From positions 37,262,001-37,326,000 of the forward strand of contig OX638150.1 of NCBI GenBank assembly GCA_951804945.1: DNA of 64,000 nt. The letters run 5' to 3'. Under the pieces are notes generated by a model. It had not been told where the DNA came from. It ran no database searches and saw only the letters and a list, made by a program, of their open reading frames with translations. The translations under genes were made by a program, and so were the position numbers. Origin of the DNA: Podarcis cretensis. Its lineage: Eukaryota. Below, piece after piece: positions 25,381 to 38,205 of this stretch. Numbering within the stretch: position 1 is the first letter of the stretch; each line of letters opens with the position of its first letter.

Positions 25381-27955
25381 CTGATTGAAAAAAGAAAGGG
25401 TGAGCTGTGTGCAGTGTCCAGGTACAGACAGTGCACAGAACAGTTTCCCATGGAAATATAAGTGGAACATGGATGAATAAAAGTTCAAAATATTGTTTAA
25501 AAAGGCATGAGGAATATATAATGAAAAGTATGGGGTGGAAGGGAGAAGAAAAAGAGAAACAGAATTTAGATACTGTTTGTCTTTACTTTTCGCTTTGCAT
25601 TTTGTAAATCTATAACTGAACAGTATTCTGTAATATGAAAAATGGCAGGCACAAAAAGGGATGCTTGTTGTAACATTTTAAAAATAGGAATGTTACAGGG
25701 CAACCGATCACTTGCCTCAAGAGGAATGGCAAGAACACCCGCACAAGACAGACTTCTGTCTGATCATTACTTCCATGCCCACTTCATTTCCTCTCTTTTC
25801 TCTCAATTACAAAATAAAATAAAAGGGGAGGGGTTGGAGGACAAAAGGACATTCAATTTTTCTGAAAACCCTGATTGCATTTTTGGAACACTGCCATAAG
25901 CCAAAGTGGAAACAGACTTATGAAGAAAGTTAAAAATTACAGGAGTTTCAGAATGCTTTCTTCACTGATACTTTGGTAATATACATAATCAACAATTCCA
26001 ATTTTAGGTAGTGTTCTAAATTGCAAATCAGCTGTTGAGAAAACTTGTTCCATTAATCTTCTATGTCATCTACAGTTTGGTACATGACAGACATTAAACT
26101 ATTTTTAAACATTAGCATAGTAATCAGTATGTAAACAAACATCTGCTGTTGAATGCAGGTGTATAACAATTTATTTTTAAATCAGTTACCAATTTGAGGG
26201 ATGAGGAAGATGACAAGGGGGCTGCTATGTTGACAGTGTCCTAGTCTGAATGCCATGTTTTAGAGCGAATCGGAATTTTCAACGAATTCTGTATTGTCAA
26301 CTGCAGCCCCAAGCATATTCCAGTTTATATGCATATAGGTTTCACTGGCATGAGTAGGACTTCAATAAGTGGGCTGAATTTTGTGTCTAATTCTTCAGCT
26401 TTGTCATAGCATAAACAAAAACCAAATTGTAACCCACCCAACCCAACCAATTTCCAGTTAAAAAATTCTTCAAAGAATTGGGAGCAAGAATATCCCATAA
26501 ATTGGTGAGTTCATACGTAACACTTCTAATCCCTCAAGAAATAAGATTATCTCCTCCCTCCCTTGCATGCTCAGAGTCAATTAAGTTTTGAACCAGGCAA
26601 GTCATCACCTAAGTGCTGTCAAGCTGGTTTGTGCATATTCTCCAAACTATTACTGGAAATCACAACTTAAAGTTGGTTCCTGGTTCTTGTTTCAAGGTCA
26701 GCCACAAACCATAGGTTGCCGATTTGGATGAAATGGCAAACAACAATTTGCCTAAAAGATGGGAAGGAGGAAATGCCATACTAAAGAGGAAGGGGCTTGC
26801 ACAAAGCTTATTCCCAATAATCCAAACCATGGTTTGGAAGATTGGACACATTATATGTGAAACAATCCAAAATATCAAGAAGAAAACCTTACAGCTGAAG
26901 CTTTAGGTGGAGGAGGCTTGGGAAGTAATCTCATCTGTCTAAGTCTATCTAGGAGGCCATCTTCCACTGACCTATTCTAGGGGTATTCTGCTCTTCCCCC
27001 AAAAAATGTTTTTTTTCTGTGTATAGCTAGTGTCTTTGGGGTTTAATGCAGGATAAACACAGTGGGCCAGTGTGGACATAAGCTAAACCGTGATGTAGTG
27101 TTACAAATTCATGAGCCAGGATACTTCCAACATTCATCAAGTGCCAGTTCAGAAACATCTGCTATTCACAATCCCTTGTTATGTCATACTCGAGAAAACA
27201 CTGTGCAAATGCTAGTTAGTGAGCAAGCTGGTATCATAAACGACAATTATACCCTGGGTTTGTCTGAACTAACCAGAGTTCTTAGAGTCTGAACATAACA
27301 TAATGGTTAATTTAACATCAAAAGAGAAAGTTTTCAATCACCTCTTCTTGTATGCAAGAGGAGAAAAGGTAGAGTGCATAAATTGTGCATGTATTTTTTC
27401 CCTTAAAATGTTAAGTGGTATATTAATTATGTAAATAAATAAACACTGTACATGGTTCCTGGAGCTATTGGTTCCTCCCCTTCCTCATGGCTTCCCCCAT
27501 CCTACTGACATCCTCACTGTATAATAATACAGATGTCTTCTGAAAACTTATTTATTTCCACAAGCCTACCTAGATGTATAATTTATTTGGGCATATTTGT
27601 TTTAATTTTATCTGTGTTTTATTGATAATTATCATATTATGTTCACTGCTTAGAGGTTTTTCTATATATATAAAAAAACCCTGAACTGCAGCAATCCATG
27701 AAGTTGGCAATCAGCCCCACACATGAGCTCAGAGGCCCAAGTACAGAGTGTAGCAGTTACAAGTTTCTTTAAATAAGAGGCTCTAGCCAGTGGGATATAT
27801 GTTCCGAGACCCTCAGCTCACATGCATGCCTGCCTGTCTCAATCTCATTCTCCTCAACACAGCTAGACAAGGAGAATGATTAGGAAGGGAAGGAGCAGGT
27901 TATGCTGGGAGGCACTGAAGATCAATGAGAAAGGAATGAAAGTAAGTGATAAGAA

Positions 27956-28091
27956 CAGGCATAGGCAGACTCGGCCCTCCAGATGTTTTGGAACTACAAC
28001 TCCCATCATCCCTAGCTAACAGGACCAGTGGTCAGGGATGATGGGAATTGTAGTCCCAAAACATCTGGAGGGCCGAGTTTGCCTATGCCTG
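27956..28091. mobile_element. Palindromic hAT-type MITE
   Basis: CAGGCATAGGCA...TGCCTATGCCTG ends; TSD GATAAGAA/GACAAGAA. Confidence 0.87.
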
Positions 28092-28145
28092 GACAAGAAG
28101 GACAAAGTGAGTCCTTGGTGAGGGGAATGAGACAACAGTAAGAGG

Positions 28146-28175
28146 GTGTGTGTGTGTGTGTGTATGTGTGTGTGT
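28146..28175. repeat. (GT)n microsatellite
   Basis: Directly visible. Confidence 0.9.
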
Positions 28176-30085
28176 AGATTTACTTTTGAAACTGAACAGC
28201 AGGAGCCACAAGAAAAGAAGGTAGTGTGGGAAAAGGGGACTGCAAATTTAATCTGTGTGTGAGAGAACTGTGAAAGAGAAAGTGAATGTATGAGTATGGT
28301 GCATGCTTCCGTACGTGTGTAAATAGATGGCTGGGGATTTCCATGCGTGAAAAGAGAAGGAATGGATTTTTGTTGGGGTGAGAGGGAGAAAAACAGAGGT
28401 GTGTCTGCACACTTTGGGCTTTGGCCCTGCCCATTGCCCTCACATGGTCTTCAGCCACTTTTTCTCACAATAAATGCAGCTCTTCACTTATAAAGGGTTA
28501 TCCACCTCAATGCTAAACTATTGGCATTACATCTGAACTGGCCTACATATATCAATGTGCAGTGTCTGTGCTGTGGAGCAATTAATATAGAAGTAAGAAC
28601 AGGGGCTTCTACTGCTACGCTGTGCCTGTCTGGAAGAACGATAGTAAACAAAAGCATGTCTTTCCCGCCCCCACTGGTTTAGTATCACAGACTGCAGCAG
28701 GGTGCTGAGCAAAGGTTCTGCCCCTTGTGGAGCCAGATTATTCTCTGATGCTTAAATATCCCCTTCCGCAGGCAAATATTCTACAAGTAAAAGCCTGAAG
28801 TCATGTGGAAAAAAATCTCAATTTTGCTGTGTACTTTGCAAATAATTATAGCTTCACAAGTGTATGCATGCTCTTTTGTTAACTTGCTAAAAGCAGTAAT
28901 TTTACAGCTAATTTGCATCATCTTCCCACCCACTCACTCAGAAGATTATTAAGTGTCAGGGAATAGCCCATGTTCCTAAAAAGGGTGAAATATTGTTCCA
29001 TGCCAATCAAACATGAAATATCTGTGGAGTCCTAAATAAACTCCTACTAATACAAGTTTTTCTGCCGGCTCCTTGTAGAGGCCTATGAAAAGTTTCTTTA
29101 TCATCAACCAATGTGATACTTAGTTTAGTGCTGGAAGCTCCTGAGGGACGACACAGACATTTTCTAATCATATCCCCAAGGTCTTTCAGCTCAACGTGTT
29201 TCACATTCTGCAAGAATATCCGTCATGCTCCACAAACTGCAGCTTGCATGACAGTAACAGGTTCAAGGATTTCTTCTGTTCAGGTCATGAGCTGTTTGCT
29301 ATCCTTTCTTGCCTCTTAAGCAGGAATACTTTTCAGTGTCCTATATATTCCTACTACTCAGGATTGGTTTGCTCTAAAAACCAATGTTCCTATTCACATA
29401 CAAAATATTGTGGAATGTTTAAAAAGTCATTTGGTCTGAAGTTTGGCCTGAAGAAAGCTAGGACATAGCTGGAAGAAGAAGGAAAAGCATTCCTCAGAAG
29501 GGGAAAGTGGCCTCAACACTTTAAAGGCCAAAGAAACAGAAATGAGAATGAAATGTTTTGTTGTGATCCATACTCCATAGTATGATCCACAACAGAACTT
29601 TCAAGTACTGTATTTAGGTGCAACCCACCCCCGCACCTTTATGTGCTAATGCCACATAATAATTATTTTTCCAAGTAATGCTCCGGGTTAACAAGAAAAA
29701 CTTCCTGAAAGAATCCTATACTAATGGAAAAGGAATTCTGAGCATTTTCAGACTCAAAGGAGCCCTTCTGTTCACCAGCGGGGCAAGTCTGGATGGAACA
29801 CATGGTATTCATTTGTTGTGTTTACAACCCTTAAAAACACAGAGAAGTGTGATACTGTACCTAGAACTGTAAACTGTAGAAAAGCTGGTCTTTTCACAAA
29901 CAAATAAAGGCACTTGCTAAGCAATTAATAATTTTAGAAATAAAGTTGGGGATGCATATGATGATTACTTTATCTTGATGTCTCAATTACAGACTCCAAA
30001 AGAAGTGTTCTTCCTGGATTCTTATTCTCTGGAGCATTACAAATTGCCATGACCAGTGATGGGATTTTGGATGTGGTAGATGTGT

Positions 30086-30229
30086 CAGTGAAGTATTAGT
30101 GCATGTGGTGCCCTCCAGATGTTTTTTATTCTACAGCTCGCATCATCCCTGAGCGTTGGCCATGCTGGCTGGGGCTGATGCGAGTTGGAGCCCAACAACA
30201 TCTGGATGGCAGCCCATTGGTTGCTCCTG
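30086..30229. mobile_element. Degenerate hAT-type MITE (approximate ends)
   Basis: CCCTCCAGATGTT...CATCATCCC...GGGGCTGATG...AACATCTGGA core. Confidence 0.65.
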
Positions 30230-30661
30230 TACTAGAGTGTCTAAGGACAAACCTGTAAGAGAAGCTCCATGTAGTGGCTGGGCCTTTTTTAATTATTCAA
30301 TGTATTTGGGAAAGTTTAAAAACTATTACTGGTGTCTCTTGATTACTTGGCAAAAGACAAGAGAAATAAATTATGTTTTTCATATTCCACATATCCACAC
30401 TGCAAGAGGATGTCTCAGCTCAATATTTATTGTTGATATGGCACCACTGAGGTACAACACTGAGGTGGTTCCTCCACAGAGGAACATGAAATAGGACATC
30501 TCACTCTCCAGTAACTATGCCTTCTTTTACTAGTAAGCTAAGAAGTAAAGGGAGCAGACTCATGAGGCAAAACAGTACATTTACCTGCCCCACCCACATT
30601 TTCCAGGTTAATCTAACTTTTAGAGTTTCTTCCCACTCTGCTTCCAGAGTGCTGCACCTAC

Positions 30662-30807
30662 CTTGTCAAGGAAGGTGGGGCGGTCCATGGAAGACTCTTT
30701 GGAGATCGGTGGTGGGCGGCAGCCAAGGGGTTTGGTGACCATTCCATTGTAGTCAGCCACACCCATTCCACGCTTGTCCATTTCCACCTTCTTTTCCAGC
30801 AGAGCAC
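30662..30807 (-). CDS. TNRC6C: TNRC6C exon (SALLEKK...RPTFLDK)
   Basis: tttttgcag| acceptor and AAG|GTAGGT donor; 146 nt, phase 1/0. Confidence 0.95.
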
Positions 30808-31099
30808 CTGCAAAAAGTAAACACAACATGAAGACACCAAAGAAAATGAGGGAAATGTCCCTAAATCAAGACAAAATGACTGTTGTACTGATACAACTAT
30901 TGCTACACTCCCACTGATATTAATACACTTCATACTTGAAATTTAAAATGCATTTTGTCTTTTAAAACACTAAGATTGGCACTTGATAATTTACAACCAA
31001 CTCGATCCTTTGACATAATGCTGCTGGGAAAAGTGATGCGAATTTCATTGTAACAGATCAACCCTTGCAGATGTCTATTTCAGTTACAAAAATACTTAC

Positions 31100-31157
31100 T
31101 CATGGCCTGATCTAGATTCATACTGTTACTCTTCAAGGCCTCTTCTGCTGGCTCTCT
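31100..31157 (-). CDS. TNRC6C: TNRC6C exon, UBA domain part 2 (REPAEEALKSNSMNLDQAM)
   Basis: tttttgcag| acceptor and A|GTAAGT donor; 58 nt, phase 0/1. Confidence 0.95.
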
Positions 31158-31600
31158 CTGCAAAAATGAGAAATTGCATTTTTTCACAACTATGAAACAC
31201 AATGTAGATTTTACAAGAACTGTAAAACAGGTGCAAGGGGAGACATACCTAGAGCTTTCAAACCATTCAACTGGTTGAAACAGAGGAATTTTGCAATCAA
31301 GTCAGTAATATATATGTAAAATTTGGAGCGAGATGGATTTGCTAGAAGCCATGATTCGGAGCACTTTACACCGACTACTTCCTCTCTTAAGACATCATAA
31401 TCTGACATGCTGATTTTGGCTGGGACTTATGGAAGCTTGGGTCCACCAGCATCTGGGGGGCTACAGGTTCCTCATCACTGCTTAACACCATGAAGCCAAA
31501 GCCAGAAGAAATACTAACACATGAATATTCCTGGACTAGAACCACATGATGGATGAGCTAGAAATTTAATAAATAAATAAACAAACCAAATGTTACTCAC

Positions 31601-31681
31601 TGGGAAGCCCATGTCTGTGAGCTGTTTTATCAGACGGTTCATGATCCAGGCCTCATCTTGCTTACTAGATGTCTTCATGCC
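31601..31681 (-). CDS. TNRC6C: TNRC6C exon, UBA domain part 1 (GMKTSSKQDEAWIMNRLIKQLTDMGFP)
   Basis: ttttctcag| acceptor and CCA|GTGAGT donor; 81 nt, phase 0/0; MGFP UBA signature. Confidence 0.95.
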
Positions 31682-31750
31682 CTGAGAAAATGAATTGAGA
31701 GGAAAAATGGAAAACTTTTAAACAAGAAAACCCTACACTCAATTTAATTC

Positions 31751-32503
31751 TTTTTTTTTTTATTAATTTTTTAGAAAAAATTTTCTTTTACAAATTTAAA
31801 TAAAGCTCTCACATACACTATAATGCCAAATTCTTTTGGACTTCCCCCCGCTCCCTCCACAATCCTCATAATTTTATATTTATTTCACATTTCCTTTATA
31901 ATTGTATTGCAAGTTAATAAATCTTTACAACTCTTATCCCTCTCGCAATACCCTTTCTCATCACAAAGCCTCTTTAAATCCAACTAGCGTTGTCTGTTCA
32001 TCACAAATATTTTCCAGATAAATCGTAAACTTTCTCCAGTCCTGTGTGAACTTGTGATCTTTCTGGTATCTAATTTTCCCTGTCAGTTTATCTAGTTCAG
32101 CAAAGTCCATCAATTTCCGTCTCCATTCTTCCAATGTTGGTAATTCTTCTAGTTTCCATTTTTGAGCCATTAAAATTCTTGCCGCAGTCACCGCATATTG
32201 AAAAAGTTTATAATCACTTCTATTAATTTCTCTTCCTGTAATTCCTAACAAGAAAGCTTCTGGTTTCTTCACAAACGTGTATTTAAACATCCTTTTCAAC
32301 TCATTATATATCATTTCCCAGAAGCCTTTTACTTTCTTACACTCCCACCACATATGATAAAATGTCCCTTCCCTCTCTTTACACTTCCAACATTTGTTAC
32401 ATGTCTTATACATTTTTGCTAATTTTACGGGAGTGATATACCATCTGTATACCATTTTCATAATATTTTCCTTTATCGTCATGCATGCAGTGAATTTCAT
32501 ATT
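31751..32503 (-). mobile_element. 5'-truncated L1-clade LINE (ORF2 C-terminus, 3' UTR, poly(A))
   Basis: Open frame to the stop at 31961 with zinc-knuckle CWKCKEREGTFYHMWWEC; T-run from 31751 (poly(A) on -); 17-bp TSD TACACTCAATTTAATTC at 31734-31750 and 32504-32520. Confidence 0.92.
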
Positions 32504-33125
32504 TACACTCAATTTAATTCAACAGGACTTACTTCTAGGTAACAGTATATAGGACTGCAGTCTAAATTTCTTTATAAGTTACTTTAAAGCTGGAAGTGGA
32601 GGCTTTCAGGTTTACACAAATCTTATTCTATTATTCTTATTAATCTTTCTTATACAATCAGCTGAGAAAGATTCCTACTTTCTACCTTATTTGTTGGACA
32701 GCAGAGAAATAGCTTATCACACTTGTTAGCAAGCAGACATGCAATATGACCTGTAAACCTCTTGTGTCCCTTATTTGTCAGAACTCATTCTGACTATGTG
32801 CTCTTTGCATAAATGTTGAAATACTGCAAAAATCAGATCTGTTTGTGTCTGTAAAGAACACGTGACTGACATCTACACCAGGGTGCAAAGGAATCTGTTA
32901 GGCAGGGCCATAGCATATCAACTGATTCTCTAGTCCGTTCCAGCTTTCCAACACCATTTGAAGATGACAAGTGATGGTAACTACAGGATAACAATCTTAT
33001 TGTAGTGCTTTTTGAAAATGATGACTTTCATACTTTTATAAAACAGTTTGATAAAGTATAAAAAAATAAGTGCACGAACCATCTCATCTTACTGATTTTT
33101 ATAACCCAGCTGTGCTTAGTCCTAC

Positions 33126-33295
33126 CTTTTGAAGTCCTTTCTTTGGAGCATTTCCCCAGGAGCTACAAGAGGAATTACTCTCTTGTGAAGCAGTATTATT
33201 CCACATATCTCCTTCTTCATCTTCCCACTGACTTGTACTGAGATTTACTTCATCTCCACCACTGCCCCAGCCTTCTTGCATAGAAGATTTAGAAG
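33126..33295 (-). CDS. TNRC6C: TNRC6C exon (ASKSSMQEGWG...KKGLQK)
   Basis: ctacag| acceptor and AAG|GTAGG donor; 170 nt, phase 1/0. Confidence 0.95.
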
Positions 33296-33912
33296 CTGTA
33301 GGAGGAATGGAACATTTCAGTTGACCTTCCTATACTTTAAAATCAATGGGCTTCGTTCACATGTATGAGTCAAGACTTAGCACAAACATGTGGGATCTCG
33401 CTGAGAAGGTAGCAACCACTTTGCTCCTCCCTCCAGCACTGCTGCACCACTGTGAACCAAATCATGGATTGGCTTAGTGGCTTATTCATCTGAACCTAGG
33501 CTTTGATGTGTCTCATTCCAGACAAATCATGAATGAAAAGTCATTGCTCAGAGTGAGAAAAACCACGAGCCTGGGTTCAGGAAACACACTAGGCCAAAGC
33601 ACAAGAAGCTGACAGCAGGAGTAATGTGGCCACTATTTCCTCTCTAGGACCCCAGACGCTCAGGTCACACTAAGCATTATGTGCGAGTCAATATATTTGG
33701 AAATTTTGTCGAGCTTGTTCTGTATTTTACTATTTGGAGAGTTTATGTCTGAATTAATAAAAAGAGCATAGGTTATACATGTTGGCCTGTTGTTGGTTGT
33801 ACAAGTGATCAAGCAGAATACCTGTTTAAGCTAAAAAAACATAATCTATATGAAAACAGATCTATAATTCTTCTTGCGAACTCAGCCAAGACAAGTCAAC
33901 ACACACACTTAC

Positions 33913-34119
33913 CTGGTTTGCACAGTACTGGGGCAGCAGCTGGTGCACTTGCTCTTCCATATGACCCTGCTGACTCAGCAGAGTTATCTCCCCACCCTGT
34001 ACCGCTGCTGGGAGGCTTTCCCCATGCTGAAGTGCCATTATCAACTGCAGCAGAAGGGGAGGAAGGCTCTCCCCATGAAGCTTCAGGCTTTGCATGGATA
34101 GCAGGCATCTCTCCCCAGC
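33913..34119 (-). CDS. TNRC6C: TNRC6C exon (GWGEMP...[12 protein letters not shown]...LCKP), Ago-hook
   Basis: cagcag| acceptor (alternative start at 34122) and G|GTAAGT donor; 207 nt, phase 1/1. Confidence 0.93.
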
Positions 34120-34210
34120 CTGCTGAAATCAGAAATTGGGGGGGGGGAACATGGTTAGAGGAAACAAAGAAACATAAAATCAACTTTTCAGACTACATCT
34201 CTGGAAATCG

Positions 34211-34212
<2 letters not shown>

Positions 34213-34244
<32 letters not shown>
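34213..34244. repeat. (TACA)n microsatellite
   Basis: Directly visible. Confidence 0.9.
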
Positions 34245-34246
<2 letters not shown>

Positions 34247-37200
34247 GTAGCTATGGACAACTTTTAAACATGAAGCAATTGGGGGAGAGAGGATTTAATT
34301 AAGACAGACCCATTTCATTTCCTCTTCAAGAAAAAATATACCTGTGCACAGTAAGAATAACTTGCTGAAATTGTGAAGGAAGTGATGCCTGCATCATAAT
34401 AAGAAACAGCACCTGTGGATTCTTTTGGATGACTGACTCACAAGCATTCCCTACCTCCTATAAAATGCCAATTGGTTATGATAATAAGACACATCAGATC
34501 AGATAAATGAAGATGTAGACACCACAGTGCCCTCCAGATGTTATTGGATAAACTGCCACGGGCTGATGGGAGATGGACTCAAACAATATCCGGTAGGTAC
34601 TATCTTGGCTACACCTGGCTGGAGCAATGTGTGTCTTGAGAACATATATGAAGCAGTTATTAAATCTGGGAACTAAAACCAAAGTGATTTTTAAAGAAAT
34701 TAGATGATTGGACCACATACTGAGTATGCCTTGATTTGATCCAGAGCAATAGGTTACTATCACAGTGTCAGAATGTTGTGTGTTTTACAAGGATAACATG
34801 GTCACTGGAGGAAGGAGTAAACATGAGAAAAGTAATTTACAACTTGAGATCAGATAATAAACAGAGTTTGCATGCAGTGACTATCTAAATTATTATTGTA
34901 TTATATAGGGAAGACTCCCCCAGCTTTCACTTATTGTTATGAGCTGTCCAAAGAACACTGTCATTGGGCAGCATGCAGATACTATAAAAAAATGAAACAA
35001 AAGTTCCTGATCAGGAGCCAAGGATGGACTGAGTTGGCTTTGGAACATGGTCAGTGGTATCAAAAGTGAATGACAGAGCAGAAGTGGCAGAGTTGCTCTT
35101 CCACTGTCCCAATGAAGGTTGCCTTTCCCATGCACTGTAACCCCACACATTGAAAACAGCTCCTCCATGCTACAATTAGGCTTGAAAACACTGTAGCCAA
35201 CCGAGGGCTGTTTTCAAGCATAATTGCTGCATTGGGCAGCCTCAGCTTGGGAGAGGTTAATCCTCCCCATCTTTAGGGTTCATGATCACCTCTGGCAATT
35301 TGGTTTGAAACAAGCTGAAATGCTTTCCCAAAAATAGTTGCCGGGGGAGTGATGCATGTGTGCTATGTGTATACTATACGACTGTGTGTGTGATGTGTGA
35401 GAATGTGGGGTGGTTGCAGGAAGATCATCGTTACGATCCGCATTTGCTCATCCTTTTACAGAATTCTGTCTATCATTCACCATTATCCTCGGTTTCTTGC
35501 AGCTGATGTATCTTTGTTTAGGGTGGCTTTCTGTAATGTACCGGTAAGAAGCTTTGAGGCAGAAAAAAGGTCCTGCACCAAACAGAAACATAGTAATTGC
35601 TTTGAGCCATCCTACGTTCCTAAACAGCTTGTAAGCTGACTAGGAGTTGGCATCTTAATGATCAGCCCTTCCTTCTCTAGTAAAATCCTCATGCTTCTTT
35701 TCCAAAAGGAACCTTTACCACAGGAGGCAACACTGCAAGGTCAAACGTCATGCTGCTGTTTACCAAAGCCCGGCTCTAATGCAGTAGGTCTGGCTTGGTT
35801 AATCACAGACAGCATACATCATTCCACTAATCACCTGGCCGCTAGCCAACAGTGGAGGAAAAATCACTTGTTAGCTTTGGGTCTCAGACCTGTCTTTTTA
35901 AAGATAAGTCTTCTCTAAGAGCTGCAGCATGTTGAAGTAACGTGATTAATTTTAGATTCTTATTTTGAATTTATTTTCATGGCAGACTTCAAAAGATCAG
36001 ATTCTGATCTTCTCTTATTCAGGCACAAAGAGAAAGAAAATTAAGGCAGAGCTATTTAGAAAATAACATTTGTTAACTGTGTGTGATCTGGGAGCTGTGG
36101 TATTGGAAGGTGCTTCCCCATGCATTTGGTTCAAATCCTTGTTTAACGTTCAAATGGGCAAGCCTTTATTTCCAGGTCTGTGTGTAAAACAGGAGTTACC
36201 TCAGGGGTATCCTTACTGGGGGAGGGAAACCTCTGGCCTGTGGGCCAAATTTGGCCTGGCATGGGTCCCAATTTGGTCCCCGAGGCCAACTTCCCCAAAT
36301 CATGGCCACCTGCCCTACGTATGTGACACCAGGTGTGGGGCAGGTAGAGATGTGGCTAGACTGTTTGGAAATTGTCAAGGTGCTTTTCCCTGCTTTTGTG
36401 TGGGATGAGGGTGGTTCTGAGCATTGCCAGGTTGTTTTCTGTAACCTGGGTATTTTGTAGTGCTCACACCAGTTCTTAGATTTCCATATGTGCCCTTGGG
36501 CTCAGAAAGGTATATTGTGTAATACACTAAGACAAGGGTAGCCAGTGTGGTGGACTGCAACTGCTTTCATTCTTGACCACTGCACACACTGGTTAAGCTA
36601 ATAGGAGCTACTCCTGCTCCAAGGTATTTTATGGGAGTGAAGCTAACTGCAAAGACTGTGGAGGAGCTACCCTAAGACTGTGGAGAAGCTACTGGGACTA
36701 GCGAGAGGAGGGGAGGACCTGTGAAGTAGCAAAAGGAGGCAAGCAGCCTAAGATAGGAACATAGAAAAGGAGAGAACTGAAGAGTTGATGCCAGATGGAG
36801 GTGTTTGTGTAGTGGAGACTGGAGAAAGAATAGTCTGTTCATAAGGCATGGGGAGCTTCAGAGATAAGGAAATATAAAGTTGAAAAACAGATTTGAAATA
36901 GCCAGCCCAATCTTTGGCTGGATGCCTCTCACGTGGAGTTAAAAGGCTTTCCCTCATTTCTGCCTTCATCCTGTGGTCATATATTGACATACATGTTGGC
37001 ATAGAAGAAATTTAGTCTCATTAATTATTAGAAAGGAAGCTAGAATGCACAATTTAAAGAGCTCTGAGTCTTCGCAACAGTACATTTAACCTCAAGCTGA
37101 ATACTGCAATTTCCACTGCAACATGTATTCATTTATTAAGTACAAAGAAAGAGGGACCAGCTTCCCTGGGTTCTCTTTAAATTCAATAATAATGATTAAT

Positions 37201-37885
37201 CACTACCAATCTGTAATGTATAAGCCATTTTGTTAAATACATTGTGTTTTGAGCCACACAATGTTATGTAAATTATTACGCACAACAAGGGAGTTCATGC
37301 CCTGGCAAATTACATGTAATTACATGAAAACAATAACATGTGTTAAGACACCCATAGTTTGTAAAGTTCTCAAGAGATCAAATCAAGTGCAAAAAATTGC
37401 AGTGTTGAATATGACGGCAGTTAGTTAGAAAAATCTTTAAACAGTAACTTGGGTATTGCTGACGTTTGAATCCCTGAAACAATTCAAACTCCACTGGGGG
37501 TTTCAGAACGGTTATGTATATTTGCATTTCTTAAGTAACACACTCTCTCACACACACTACCTTCAATCCAGTGAAGCATATTACTAATGATATTTCATAG
37601 GCTCACAGGATCAGATAGCTGAGTCTCTTTAGAAGTACTGCATTGGAGGATGATAGTGGGAGATCTCCACTGGGGATGAATTTCGGCATGATATTTCTTC
37701 TGATTTTTTAAATACCCCAGTCATCCCTCAAAATAAACTGACTCACTACTGGTAGAAGGCATTCCTTGATGACCAAGACAAAGAACTATTCCATAACATT
37801 AACCTGCTTTTCCCAACATTAAGGCAGACTTATTTTTAAAAGGGCTACAGCTGTCTGGTTGATGACAGGGTAACATACTTTATTT

Positions 37886-38023
37886 CAGCAGAGGCCTACC
37901 TGTTCCCTTCCAGGTGTTGCTGGACTACAACTCCCATCATCCCTGACACTGGCCATGCTGTTTGTGGCTGATGGGAATTCTGAGTCCAAAAACATATGGA
38001 AGGCCATATGTTAGCCACCACTG
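37886..38023. mobile_element. Palindromic hAT-type MITE
   Basis: Same GGACTACAACTCCCATCATCCC core; perfect 8-bp TSD CTTTATTT. Confidence 0.82.
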
Positions 38024-38091
38024 CTTTATTTCATTGTAGCTAGAAAGTCAACAAGTAACTGATTTATTAGAATTCAACAGTCCCAATTTTA

Positions 38092-38205
38092 AGAATCCTG
38101 GAATTGTAGAGTTGGAAGGGACTCCTGAGGGTCATCTAGTCTCAACTAAAGCATCCATGACAGATGGGCATCCAACCTCTGCTTAAAAACCTCCAAGGAA
38201 GGAGT
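38092..38205 (-). mobile_element. CR1-type 3' end; similar remnant at about 17903-18015
   Basis: GAGTTGGAAGGGAC...GGTCATCTAGTC is the reverse complement of the CR1 tail seen in the 59.9-kb SINE. Confidence 0.7.
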
